Shown: positions 1 through 8,620 of the stretch, piece after piece | Layout of the letters: the number at the start of each line of letters is the position of its first letter | Numbering within the stretch: the first letter of the stretch is position 1 | Assembly: GCA_039924705.1 (NCBI GenBank) | Contig: JBDTAJ010000200.1 | Location: 1 to 28,996 of the forward strand | Source of the DNA: Rhodanobacteraceae bacterium | GTDB taxonomy: Bacteria > Pseudomonadota > Gammaproteobacteria > Xanthomonadales > Rhodanobacteraceae | DNA: 28,996 nucleotides | Reading direction: 5' to 3' | Program-made: the position numbers and the translations under genes | The notes under the pieces: model-generated | Told to the model about the DNA's origin: nothing | Database searches by the model: none | What the model saw: the letters and a program-made list of their open reading frames with translations, nothing else

Positions 1-114
1 AATTATTTTTTGCGATCGTCCAAGATCGCTGCGCAAAGTCGCGTTATGCCGGACTACGTGGCCTCCGCCCATCCTGCTTACAAGGCGTTCATCCATGACC
101 ACACTCTTCAACCA

Positions 115-948
115 CTAAAACTTACCGGCCTGGTAGTCCTGCATCGCCTGCACGATCTGCTCGGGCGTGTTCATCACGAACGGGCCATATTTTGCGATCG
201 GCTCGTTGAGTGGTTTGCCCGCGACCACCATGACACGCGCGGCCGAATCACCCGCCGTCAACGACATGCTGTCGCCTTGCGACAGGACGCCCAGTTCGCT
301 GCGCGATAATTTCTCGCCACTGATTTGCACGGCATCGCCTTCGAAGACATACGCGAATGCGTTGTGGTTCTGCGGCAACGGGATTTCCACCCGTGAGTTC
401 GGCGCCAACGCCACATCCAGATAGACCGGCTCGGTGGCGATGCCAACTACCGGTCCGCGCACGCCGAATAATTCCCCGGCCACCACGCGCACGCGCACAC
501 CCGGTATTGGCTCGGCTTCCGGAATTTCTTCCGGCGCAATGTCCTGATGGCGCGGCGCGGTCATCTTCTCGGCTGCGGGCAAATTGACCCACAACTGAAA
601 CCCGCGCATCAGACCGTGATCCTGCTCGGGCATCTCCGAATGCACGATGCCCCGGCCGGCGGTCATCCATTGCACGCTGCGAGGCTCGAGCAAACCGGAA
701 TTGCCCTGATTGTCGCGATGGCGCATCCGGCCGTCGAGCATGTAGGTGACGGTCTCGAAACCGCGGTGCGGATGATTCGGGAATCCGGCGATGTAATCGG
801 TCGCGGCGTCGGAACCGAATTCGTCCAGCAGCAGGAATGGGTCCAGCGTCTCCAGCGCGCGTTGACCGATCACGCGGGTCAGGCTGACGCCAGCGCCATC
901 GCTGGTGGGAATACCACGTACGCGGCGCGTCACGGTGCGGTTGCTCAT
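115..948 (-). CDS. Pirin family protein (bicupin)
   Basis: 277 aa. Motifs FLLLDEF, GFPNHPHRGFETVTY, QWMTAGRGIVHSE, GPFVMNT. SD-like GGAGAG upstream on the minus strand. Confidence 0.93.
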   Translation of the reverse strand: MSNRTVTRRVRGIPTSDGAGVSLTRVIGQRALETLDPFLLLDEFGSDAATDYIAGFPNHPHRGFETVTYMLDGRMRHRDNQGNSGLLEPRSVQWMTAGRGIVHSEMPEQDHGLMRGFQLWVNLPAAEKMTAPRHQDIAPEEIPEAEPIPGVRVRVVAGELFGVRGPVVGIATEPVYLDVALAPNSRVEIPLPQNHNAFAYVFEGDAVQISGEKLSRSELGVLSQGDSMSLTAGDSAARVMVVAGKPLNEPIAKYGPFVMNTPEQIVQAMQDYQAGKF

Positions 949-964
949 GGGGCTCTCCGCAATC

Positions 965-1007
965 TGTTTCGGTGCGACCTAGATGAGGTCGCATTCAACG
1001 AGAAACA
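965..1007. promoter_or_regulatory. Imperfect inverted repeat between the YecA-like gene and pirin (operator, attenuator or processing hairpin)
   Basis: TGCGACCT(973-980)-AGATG-AGGTCGCA(986-993), with outer arms TGTTTC(965-970)/GAAACA(1002-1007). Confidence 0.4.
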
Positions 1008-1013
1008 ACGCTC

Positions 1014-1694
1014 TCAATGAACCCAGCGCCCACCACGCCTTGCCGGCGGCCGCGGAAACACGCTGGAAGATGCGTTTCCGCCGGCGGTGCGTTCGCGCTC
1101 GGTCGGCGGATGCACGCGCCAGTAATGAGCGACCGCGCCGACCGTTTGCGGGATCTGCGCGAGACACGCTTCGTATTCGTCATGGCCGAGTTTCTCGAAC
1201 GGCACTTCGGCAACCAGGATGCCGTCGTCCACAGCCAACGCCATGATGGGGCCGAGCAGTTCCATCAGATCGCCATCCTCGGCGAGGCGCGTTTCCCAGA
1301 TCGCCGCGCGCAGATCGATGCCACGCGAAAAACCCTCGCACCAGCCCGCCGCCGACAACTCGCCCGGCTGGCCTTCGTCGTCGGCGAGTTCGCCCAGCAC
1401 CGGCTCGTAGTTGTCGCTTTCCAATTCGTTGGGGATCGACTCGTTCAACCGCGCCAGCAGCGCCAGGATTTGGCGGCCCTGTTCGGGGTCCTCGAACGGC
1501 GTGTGCAGCACTTCCGGCAGCCATTCCTCCGGCAGCGCGGGCTCCGGCCCGATCGCCAGCGCGGTCAACATGCCATGCACGCCGTCCAGCAACAGACCGT
1601 CTTCGGTGCGCACGACATGCGCGCGCAGGAAGTGGTCGAGCTGTTCAAGTTCCGTGTCGCCGAGGCTGCCTTGCGGTTCGCTGGTGCTACTCAT
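1014..1694 (-). CDS. YecA/UPF0149 family protein lacking the C-terminal SEC-C motif
   Basis: 226 aa from MSSTSEP. Motifs LDGVHGMLTALAIGP, EWLPEV, WCEGFSRG. The start overlaps the xth stop (ATGA). Confidence 0.75.
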   Translation of the reverse strand: MSSTSEPQGSLGDTELEQLDHFLRAHVVRTEDGLLLDGVHGMLTALAIGPEPALPEEWLPEVLHTPFEDPEQGRQILALLARLNESIPNELESDNYEPVLGELADDEGQPGELSAAGWCEGFSRGIDLRAAIWETRLAEDGDLMELLGPIMALAVDDGILVAEVPFEKLGHDEYEACLAQIPQTVGAVAHYWRVHPPTERERTAGGNASSSVFPRPPARRGGRWVH

Positions 1695-2467
1695 GATTTG
1701 CCCGTGTCGATTTCGATCATCACCGGCACATGATCGGATGGTCGTTCCCATGTGCGCGGAATGCGGTCGATCACGGCGGATTTCAACCGCGGCCGCAGCG
1801 CCTCGCTTACTAATATCAAATCGATGCGCAGGCCGAGATCGCGGCGGAACGCGCCTTGGCGGTAATCCCACCAACTGTAGTGTCCGCCTTTCGACGTGAA
1901 TGCACGGAAAGAATCGCTCAAACCGAGATCGAGAATGGTTTGCAGCGCTTCGCGCTCGGGCGTGGAACATAGCACTTGTTCGCGCCATGCGTCTGGATCG
2001 TGCACATCGCGGTCATCCGGCGCGATATTGAAGTCGCCTAGCACGACCAGCCGCGGATAACGCCTGAGTTCCTCGTGCAGGAAATCCGCGACGCGCGCTA
2101 GCCAGTGCAACTTGTTCGCATACTTCGCGCTGCCGACGCTCTGGCCATTGACCACATACAGATTGACGATGCGAAGATCGTTGACTGTGGCCGCGAGCAC
2201 ACGCCGCGCCGGATCGTCCAGATCGGGTACGTCGGTCACGATGTCGCGCAGTGGTTCGCGCGCAAGAATTGCGACGCCATTGTAGGTCTTCTGGCCAGCG
2301 AAGACGCTTTGAAACCCAAGTTTTTCCAGTGCCTCGCGCGGGAACTTCGCATCCTCGAGTTTGGTCTCCTGCAACGCCAGCACGTCGGGCGTGGCGTCCG
2401 CGCACCAGCGCTCGACGTGTGGCAGCCGCACATTGAGCGAATTGACGTTCCAGGAAGCGATTTTCAT
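1691..2467 (-). CDS. xth: Exodeoxyribonuclease III
   Basis: MKIASWNVNS, LQETK, YNGVAIL, GDFNIAP, WWDYR, LRIDLIL, SDH catalytic motifs. Start placed at MKIAS, not at the 3043 ORF start. Confidence 0.96.
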   Translation of the reverse strand: MKIASWNVNSLNVRLPHVERWCADATPDVLALQETKLEDAKFPREALEKLGFQSVFAGQKTYNGVAILAREPLRDIVTDVPDLDDPARRVLAATVNDLRIVNLYVVNGQSVGSAKYANKLHWLARVADFLHEELRRYPRLVVLGDFNIAPDDRDVHDPDAWREQVLCSTPEREALQTILDLGLSDSFRAFTSKGGHYSWWDYRQGAFRRDLGLRIDLILVSEALRPRLKSAVIDRIPRTWERPSDHVPVMIEIDTGKS

Positions 2468-2474
2468 CGCGGCC

Positions 2475-2480
2475 ATTCTA
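2475..2480 (-). promoter_or_regulatory. -10 hexamer TAGAAT 7 nt before the xth ATG (leaderless-type)
   Basis: Minus strand reads TAGAAT-ggccgcg-ATG. No SD. Confidence 0.6.
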
Positions 2481-2511
2481 AGCGCATCGCGGTTGCAGGT
2501 CGTCGCTCGGC

Positions 2512-4572
2512 TTACGCTGCAAGTCCGTAACCGCGCAGCAATGCATCCGGTTGCGGCTCGCGGCCTCGGAAGGCAACGAAGTTTTGCAGCGCCGGGCGTG
2601 TCGCGCCGATGGCGAGAATTTCCCGGCGGAAGCGTCCGCCGTTCTCGTGGTCGATCGCACTGCGTCCCGCTCGGGTCAATTCCTCGAACGCGCCGAACGC
2701 GTCGGCGGACAACAGTTCCGCCCATAGGTAACTGTAATAACCCGCGGCGTAGCCGCCCGAGAACACATGTGTGAACGCGTGTGGGAATCGCTGCCATGCT
2801 GGCGGATGCAACACACTCGTCTCGAGCCGCACCTGTTCCAGCACTTCCAGCGCACGCGCGCCTAGCGTAGGGTCGTAATCCAGATGAAGACGGAAATCGA
2901 ACAGCGCGAATTCCAGTTGACGAACCAGAAACAAGCCGGCCTGGAAATGGCGCGCGGTCAACATCCGCTGGTACAAATCCTCCGGCAAACGCTCGCCCGT
3001 CTGGTAATGCCGCGCGAACAGATCCAGCGCCTCGCGGTTCCAACCGAAATTTTCCATGAATTGACTGGGTAGTTCAACCGAATCCCATTCCACGCCGTCG
3101 ATACCGCCGACCGAAGGCAGCTCGACCTCGGTCAGCATGTGGTGAAGGCCATGCCCGAACTCGTGGAACAGCGTCAGCACATCGTCGTGGGTCAGCAATG
3201 CCGGCGCGTCCGGTGTCGGCGGCGCGAAATTGCAGGTCAGGAACGCGACGGGCAATTCATGGCGCTCGCCATCGCGGAAGCGCGCGCGGCAGACGTCCAT
3301 CCACGCGCCGCCGCGCTTGCCGGTGCGCGCGTAAGGATCGATGTAGCAACCGGCGATCGTGCGGCCGCCGCTTTCGCGCACGTCGTAATAGCGCACGCCG
3401 GCACGCCATACCTCCACGTCGTAGCGCGGCGCGAGCGTCACGCCGTAAAGCCTCGAGGCCAGATCGAATAACCCATCTAGCACTGCGGGCGCCGGGAAGT
3501 ACGGTTTCAATTCTTCCTCGTCCAACCGAAAACGCGCGCGGCGCAATTTTTCCGATACGTAACCAACGTCCCAGGCTTCCAGGTTGTCCAGATGCAATGC
3601 GTCGCGCGCGAACGTTCGCAATTCGTCCCGTTCGCGCATCGCCACCGGCTTGGCGCGCGTGACCAGATCATGCAGGAACGCCAGCACCTGCCGCGGCGAT
3701 TCCGCCATCTTGGTGACCAGCGATTCCTCTGCGGCATTGGCGAAGCCGAGCAGGTTCGCAGCCTCGTGGCGCAGCGCCACGATCTTTTCGATGCGCGACG
3801 AATTGTCGAACTTGCCCGCATCCGGGCCTTGGTCGGATGCGCGCGTCTGATACGCCCAATACACACGCTCGCGCAATTCGCGGTTGTCAGCGTAGGTGAG
3901 GATCGCCTGCACGCTGGGTTGCTTCAGCGTGACGAGATAACCATCCAGATCGCGTCCTCGCGCGTACTCGCGCAGCACCGAGCGGCCGGAACCCGGTATT
4001 CCGCCAAGGTCGCGTTCGTCGGTGACGTGCTCGTGCCAGGCGTCGCTGGCGTCCAGCACCGCGTTGGAAAAATCCGTCGACAACTGGGCTAACTCGTTGG
4101 CGATCGCGCGAAAACGCGAACGCGCGGGCTCTTCCAGCGCCACGCCGGCGAGACGAAAATCGCGCAGCGCGTGTTCGACCACGGCGCGATTTGCCTGCGG
4201 CCATTGCGGAAAATCGGGCGCGTCACTGAGCGCATGCACCGCCGCGTACAATGCGCGGTTCTGCCCCAGCTCGCTGGAGAAATCGGTGATCTTTTCCAGT
4301 GCGCTCGCATACGCCTCGCGAAGCGCGGGCGAATCGGTGACCGAATGCAGATGCGACACCGGCGCCCAGGCGCGCGCCAAACGCTGCTCCAGCCGCTCCT
4401 GTTCCAGCATTACGCCATCGAAACCGTGTGGGCCACGGGGCGCGGTCAGCGCATCGATGCGCGCGCGATAATCTTCGAGAATCGCCTCGATCGCCGGCAT
4501 GACGTGTTCGGCGCGTATCGCTGAAAACGCTGGCAACGGCGTGTCGGCGAGCAAGGGGTTATCGTGGGTCAT
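2512..4572 (-). CDS. prlC: Oligopeptidase A (M3 metallopeptidase)
   Basis: 686 aa. HEFGH zinc motif, KRGGAWM, VELPSQFMEN, FTHVFSGGYAAGYYSYLWAE. Confidence 0.95.
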   Translation of the reverse strand: MTHDNPLLADTPLPAFSAIRAEHVMPAIEAILEDYRARIDALTAPRGPHGFDGVMLEQERLEQRLARAWAPVSHLHSVTDSPALREAYASALEKITDFSSELGQNRALYAAVHALSDAPDFPQWPQANRAVVEHALRDFRLAGVALEEPARSRFRAIANELAQLSTDFSNAVLDASDAWHEHVTDERDLGGIPGSGRSVLREYARGRDLDGYLVTLKQPSVQAILTYADNRELRERVYWAYQTRASDQGPDAGKFDNSSRIEKIVALRHEAANLLGFANAAEESLVTKMAESPRQVLAFLHDLVTRAKPVAMRERDELRTFARDALHLDNLEAWDVGYVSEKLRRARFRLDEEELKPYFPAPAVLDGLFDLASRLYGVTLAPRYDVEVWRAGVRYYDVRESGGRTIAGCYIDPYARTGKRGGAWMDVCRARFRDGERHELPVAFLTCNFAPPTPDAPALLTHDDVLTLFHEFGHGLHHMLTEVELPSVGGIDGVEWDSVELPSQFMENFGWNREALDLFARHYQTGERLPEDLYQRMLTARHFQAGLFLVRQLEFALFDFRLHLDYDPTLGARALEVLEQVRLETSVLHPPAWQRFPHAFTHVFSGGYAAGYYSYLWAELLSADAFGAFEELTRAGRSAIDHENGGRFRREILAIGATRPALQNFVAFRGREPQPDALLRGYGLAA

Positions 4573-4626
4573 GGCCGCTCAGCGTGGCGTCGCGCGAGGA
4601 TGAAATCAAGCGCAAGCGCGCTGGGT

Positions 4627-4632
4627 TAGCAT
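4627..4632 (+). promoter_or_regulatory. -10 hexamer TAGCAT 7 nt before the patatin ATG (leaderless-type)
   Basis: TAGCAT-tgcattc-ATG(4640). No SD. Confidence 0.5.
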
Positions 4633-4639
4633 TGCATTC

Positions 4640-6391
4640 ATGGAAACGCCTCGCCCTGCCGAGCTGCACGCGTTATTGCGGCGCACCGCGGTGTTCGGAC
4701 ACCTGCGCGCGCATGAAATGGATGCGCTTGTGCGCGAGATGGCATGGTTCTCACTGCCCGGCGGCGCGTCGCTATACGAGGCCGGCGAGCCTTCCGATGC
4801 GCTATACGTGGTAAAGACCGGAAGCCTCGGAGCGTTCGGCGTACCGAATACGGGCGGTTCGCCGCGCATGTTGGGCGTGATTCCCGGCGGCACCATCGTC
4901 GGCGAGCTCGGCCTGATTACCGGCCAATCGCGCACCGCGAGCGTGCGCGCGTTGCGGGATTCGGAATTGCTGCGGTTGTCGCGTTCCGGTTTCGACGCGC
5001 TGGTACGCGCGCACCCCGAGGCCATGCTGGGCGCCACGCGCATCGCCACCGATCGTTTGCTGGTGCAACTGCGCGAATGCGGCGAGACCGATGTGTCCGG
5101 CGCGCCGCGCACTTTGGCCGTCCTGCCGTTCGACACCGACGTCGATGCGCGCGGTTTCGTGGAGACGCTGCGCAAACAATTGCTTCCCTTTGGCGATTGC
5201 ACGGTGATCGACTCGGCGCTTGGTCGCGACCGCAGCACAGCATGGTTCGCGCAGCGCGAGAGCGAAGTGCATTATGTGTTGTATCTCGACGACGGCGACG
5301 CAACTTGGCGCCGGCTATGCGAACGCCAGGCCGACGCCTTGCTGTTGCTGGCCGATGCCCGACGCAAGCCGGCGGCGTGGACGCACGAAACCATCAGCAG
5401 CGTGATCCACGCCCGCCATCGTCCGCGTCATCTTGTGCTGCTGCAACCGCCGAACGAGTTCGTTTACGGCGCGGCGCGGGCGTGGCGCGAAACCCTGAGC
5501 GACGGCGGACTGCGCCATCATCACGCGCGCAATCAATCCGACATCGCCCGGATCGCGCGGTTGTTGAGCGGCCACGGCACGGGCCTCGTCCTATCGGGTG
5601 GCGGCGCGCGTGGCTTCGCCCAGATCGGCGTGATCCGCGCGCTGCGCGAAGCCGGCATCGTGATCGACAGCGTGATCGGCACCAGCATCGGCGCGATCAT
5701 CGGCGCCGGCGTCGCTTACGAATGGAACGATCAAAAAATGCGCGAGGCCTACCGCCGCGCGCTGGTCGATGGCAAGCCGCTGCGCGACTGGACCCTGCCG
5801 CTGGTCGCGCTGACCCGCGGCGGGCGCACCACAATGCTGTTGCGCGAAGCGTTCGGCGAAATAGACATCGAGGATCTGCCGATCGACTTCGCCTGCCTTT
5901 CCGCCGATCTCACCCGCGGCACGGCGGTGATGCACCGCTCGGGTTTGCTGTGGCGTTGGTTGCGCGCGTCGAGCGCGGTGCCCGGCATCCTGCCGCCGCT
6001 GTTGCACGACGGCCACGTTTACGTCGATGGCGCGGTCGTCAACAATCTGCCCACCGACGTATTGAGCGGCGAGGGGGTGGGCCGCATCATCGCGGTCGAC
6101 ATCAGCGCAGACGATATGCTGATCGCGGGCGTCGATGAAAGCGTCTCGCCTCCGTTACCCGCGTTGTGGGCGGAACGTCACGACGGCGATCGGCCCAATG
6201 CGTTCTCGATCCTGGTGCGCGCGGGCATGATCAATTCCGAGGCCGGCAGCGCGCGGCGGCGCAAACTCGCCGACCTCTTGTTGCGTCCCGATCTGGAACG
6301 AATCGGGCTGCTCGACTGGCACGAGTTCGAGCGCGCGATCGGCATCGGCTACCGCTACACGCGCGACAAACTCAACGCATCAGGAACTTGA
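4640..6391 (+). CDS. cNMP-binding domain + patatin-like phospholipase (NTE/RssA family)
   Basis: N-terminal cNMP fold (LYEAGE...GELGL...RTASVRA). Patatin motifs GGGARG, GTSIG (GxSxG) and DGA. Confidence 0.92.
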   Translation: METPRPAELHALLRRTAVFGHLRAHEMDALVREMAWFSLPGGASLYEAGEPSDALYVVKTGSLGAFGVPNTGGSPRMLGVIPGGTIVGELGLITGQSRTASVRALRDSELLRLSRSGFDALVRAHPEAMLGATRIATDRLLVQLRECGETDVSGAPRTLAVLPFDTDVDARGFVETLRKQLLPFGDCTVIDSALGRDRSTAWFAQRESEVHYVLYLDDGDATWRRLCERQADALLLLADARRKPAAWTHETISSVIHARHRPRHLVLLQPPNEFVYGAARAWRETLSDGGLRHHHARNQSDIARIARLLSGHGTGLVLSGGGARGFAQIGVIRALREAGIVIDSVIGTSIGAIIGAGVAYEWNDQKMREAYRRALVDGKPLRDWTLPLVALTRGGRTTMLLREAFGEIDIEDLPIDFACLSADLTRGTAVMHRSGLLWRWLRASSAVPGILPPLLHDGHVYVDGAVVNNLPTDVLSGEGVGRIIAVDISADDMLIAGVDESVSPPLPALWAERHDGDRPNAFSILVRAGMINSEAGSARRRKLADLLLRPDLERIGLLDWHEFERAIGIGYRYTRDKLNASGT

Positions 6392-6758
6392 CCATCCGAT
6401 CCACCAATTTGCCGTACGGCGTCCGCAACAGTGCGAAGCTCGACCAACGCGCCTGACGGAATACCGACATCTGCTCGGAGAGCGTCAGGAATCCGGCGTG
6501 GCCGTGATACGCGTCCATTCCGGAAGGGCCGACGCCGCCGAACGGCAGACGCGATTGCACGAACTGCCGCACCGTGTCGTTGACGCAGACGCCTCAGGCG
6601 ATGCACGCATCGAGAACATGTCGGGTGCGCGCCGGGTCGTGATCGAAGTGGTACAACGCCAGCGGTCGTGGGCGCACGATGACGTAGGCGACCGCCTCGT
6701 TGATATTCCGGTACGTCATGATCGGCAATACCGGCCCGAAGATTTCTTCATCGACAAT
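6372..6758 (-). pseudogene. 3' remnant of an aldehyde dehydrogenase (coniferyl-aldehyde dehydrogenase CalB-like)
   Basis: Reads IVDEEIFGPVLP...RPRPLALY...IA*GVCVNDT...LPFGGVGPSGM.AYHG. In-frame TGA at 6594-6596. The N-terminal part of an ALDH is absent. Confidence 0.88.
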
Positions 6759-6812
6759 TCCATCCATTCATTACAATGACGGCATCCTGGGTCTGACGGC
6801 CGCGAACCGCAA

Positions 6813-7343
6813 ATGCACAACCCTATCCGTCCGTACAAGGGCATCATCCCCAAACTCGGCGCGCGTGTTTACGTCGATCCCGCAGCAAGCCTGATCGGCG
6901 ACGTCGAGCTAGGCGACGACGTATCGCTATGGCCCAATGCCGTGGTGCGCGGCGACGTCGAGCGCATCCGCATCGGCGCACGCACCAATGTGCAGGACGG
7001 CGCGGTATTGCACGTCACCCACGACGGGCTCTATTCGCCGAATGGTTTCCCCTGCATTGTCGGCGCGGACGTGACCGTCGGTCATGCGGCGGTAATCCAC
7101 GCTTGCACGATCGAGGACGAATGCCTGATCGGCATGCATGCGACCGTGCTGGACGGCGCGCGGGTGTGCCGCCATGCTTTCGTCGGCGCGGGCGCGTTGA
7201 TCGCACCCGGCAAGATTGTCGGCGAGGGCGAGCTGTGGCTGGGCAATCCGGCGCGCTGCGTGCGCAGGTTGTCGGATCGCGAGATCGAACAATTGCTTTA
7301 TTCAGCGCAGCACTATGTGCGCCTCAAGAACGATTATCTGTAG
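6813..7343 (+). CDS. Gamma carbonic anhydrase family protein (YrdA/CaiE/PaaY-like)
   Basis: Hexapeptide repeats, RGDV, NVQDG, LHVTH, VGHAAVIHAC metal-binding His residues. Confidence 0.93.
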   Translation: MHNPIRPYKGIIPKLGARVYVDPAASLIGDVELGDDVSLWPNAVVRGDVERIRIGARTNVQDGAVLHVTHDGLYSPNGFPCIVGADVTVGHAAVIHACTIEDECLIGMHATVLDGARVCRHAFVGAGALIAPGKIVGEGELWLGNPARCVRRLSDREIEQLLYSAQHYVRLKNDYL

Positions 7344-7349
7344 CTCCTG

Positions 7350-8183
7350 CTAACAGGCTTTCGCAAGTTCGCGATAAGCGGCGTCGGTGTCCGGGCGTAC
7401 GCCGTGCCAATGCTCGAACGAATCCGCCGCGGTCTCGACCAACATGCCCAAGCCATCGACGGCGCGCCCCGCGCCGGCGGTACGCGCCCACTCCAGAAAT
7501 GGTTGCGCGACCTTGCCGTAAGCGAGATCGTAGACGACGGTGTGCGGTTGCACGAGCGAACGCGGTAGGTTCAACGACGCACCGTGCACGCCAGCCGAGG
7601 TCGCATCGACGATCAAATCGAACGCGTCGCAGTGCGGCAGCGTGTCCCACGCGGAAACGCACACACGCTTTGGTTGCGAGAAAGAATCCGCCAGTGATTG
7701 CGCACGTGCGAGCGTGCGGTTGGCGAGGATCAACGTGCGCACGCCCGCATCCAGCAACGCCCATGCCGCCGCGCGTGCGGCGCCGCCGGCGCCGAGCAGA
7801 AGCGCATTGCGATCGCGCAATTCAATTCGATGACGTTCGCGCAGATCGCGTAGGAACCCGGCGCCGTCGGTGTTGTGCGCTTCGACCCGGCCATCTGGCA
7901 GATGCGTTAGCACGTTGGCGACGCCCACTCGATACGCGATGCGCGTGTGCGTGTCGGCGAATGCGAATGCCGCGCGCTTGTGCGGCAGGGTAATATTGAC
8001 GCCATTGCCGCCGCCGTCAAAAAAAGCGCGCGCGGCCTCCGTGAATAATTCCGGCGGCGCGTCGATCGCAGTGTATTCGAGCGAAATGCCCGTTTGCGCG
8101 CCGAACAGCGCGTACAGCCGCGGCGACAGCGAGTGACCGATCGGATGCCCGAACACGGCATAGCGGGGCGTGGCTTCAGTCAT
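7350..8183 (-). CDS. aroE: Shikimate dehydrogenase
   Basis: GHPIGHSLSP, NITLPHK, NTDG, GAGGAARA, DGLGMLVE. Confidence 0.95.
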   Translation of the reverse strand: MTEATPRYAVFGHPIGHSLSPRLYALFGAQTGISLEYTAIDAPPELFTEAARAFFDGGGNGVNITLPHKRAAFAFADTHTRIAYRVGVANVLTHLPDGRVEAHNTDGAGFLRDLRERHRIELRDRNALLLGAGGAARAAAWALLDAGVRTLILANRTLARAQSLADSFSQPKRVCVSAWDTLPHCDAFDLIVDATSAGVHGASLNLPRSLVQPHTVVYDLAYGKVAQPFLEWARTAGAGRAVDGLGMLVETAADSFEHWHGVRPDTDAAYRELAKAC

Positions 8184-8189
8184 CGATTC

Positions 8190-8195
8190 AGTCTA
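8190..8195 (-). promoter_or_regulatory. -10 hexamer TAGACT 6 nt before the aroE ATG (leaderless-type)
   Basis: Minus strand reads TAGACT-gaatcg-ATG. Confidence 0.55.
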
Positions 8196-8341
8196 ATCGG
8201 AGTGCAGGACGCCACGCATGACCGCTTCCCGCCTTCGGCACCTTCCATCGCAAGCGGGGCAAGGAAAACCCTTTTTCAATGTCGCAATCCGTGAGATATG
8301 CGACGCGCATCCTGATAACACCTCGTCACAAGGAGCACGCC

Positions 8342-8620
8342 ATGTCCCGTCCATCGTCGAATCGCTCATCCCGCAATCGTGGCGAATCCGACACGCTGAC
8401 CCTCGCGGCGCTGACGTGGCTTGCCGTCGGCCTTGTATTGCTTGGCCTGACGCCGCTGCCCGCCCACGATGCCATGTACGGTTGGTCGCCCGCGTTCTGG
8501 CTGATCGCCGCGCCCGCCGCCATCCTTGTAGCTCTCACGGCCACGCGGCGGGATCAAGCGTTGACACCGGTGCGCTTGCGCTCCATCCGGCGCAGGAATT
8601 CCTGCATGACGCGCCGATAA
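8342..8620 (+). CDS. Small hypothetical membrane protein (two hydrophobic segments)
   Basis: Strong SD AAGGAG before ATG 8342. 92 aa, TM-like LTWLAVGLVLLGL and GWSPAFWLIAAPAAILVAL. The 3' end overlaps the RimK-family gene antisense. Confidence 0.7.
   Translation: MSRPSSNRSSRNRGESDTLTLAALTWLAVGLVLLGLTPLPAHDAMYGWSPAFWLIAAPAAILVALTATRRDQALTPVRLRSIRRRNSCMTRR

Noticed and set aside
1-114. Hairpin GCGATC/GATCGC (12-29) with a T-run, and short ORFs at the left edge
   Set aside because: The T-run is on the wrong side for a pirin terminator. The ORFs have no recognisable features, and context is cut by the window edge.
1691-3043. 450-aa version of xth, and other overextended starts (1988, 10098, 12004, 22337, 22740, 24306, 25092, 25280)
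   Set aside because: The extensions overlap neighbouring genes and lack homology-like sequence. True starts were placed by family N-termini, SD or -10 position.
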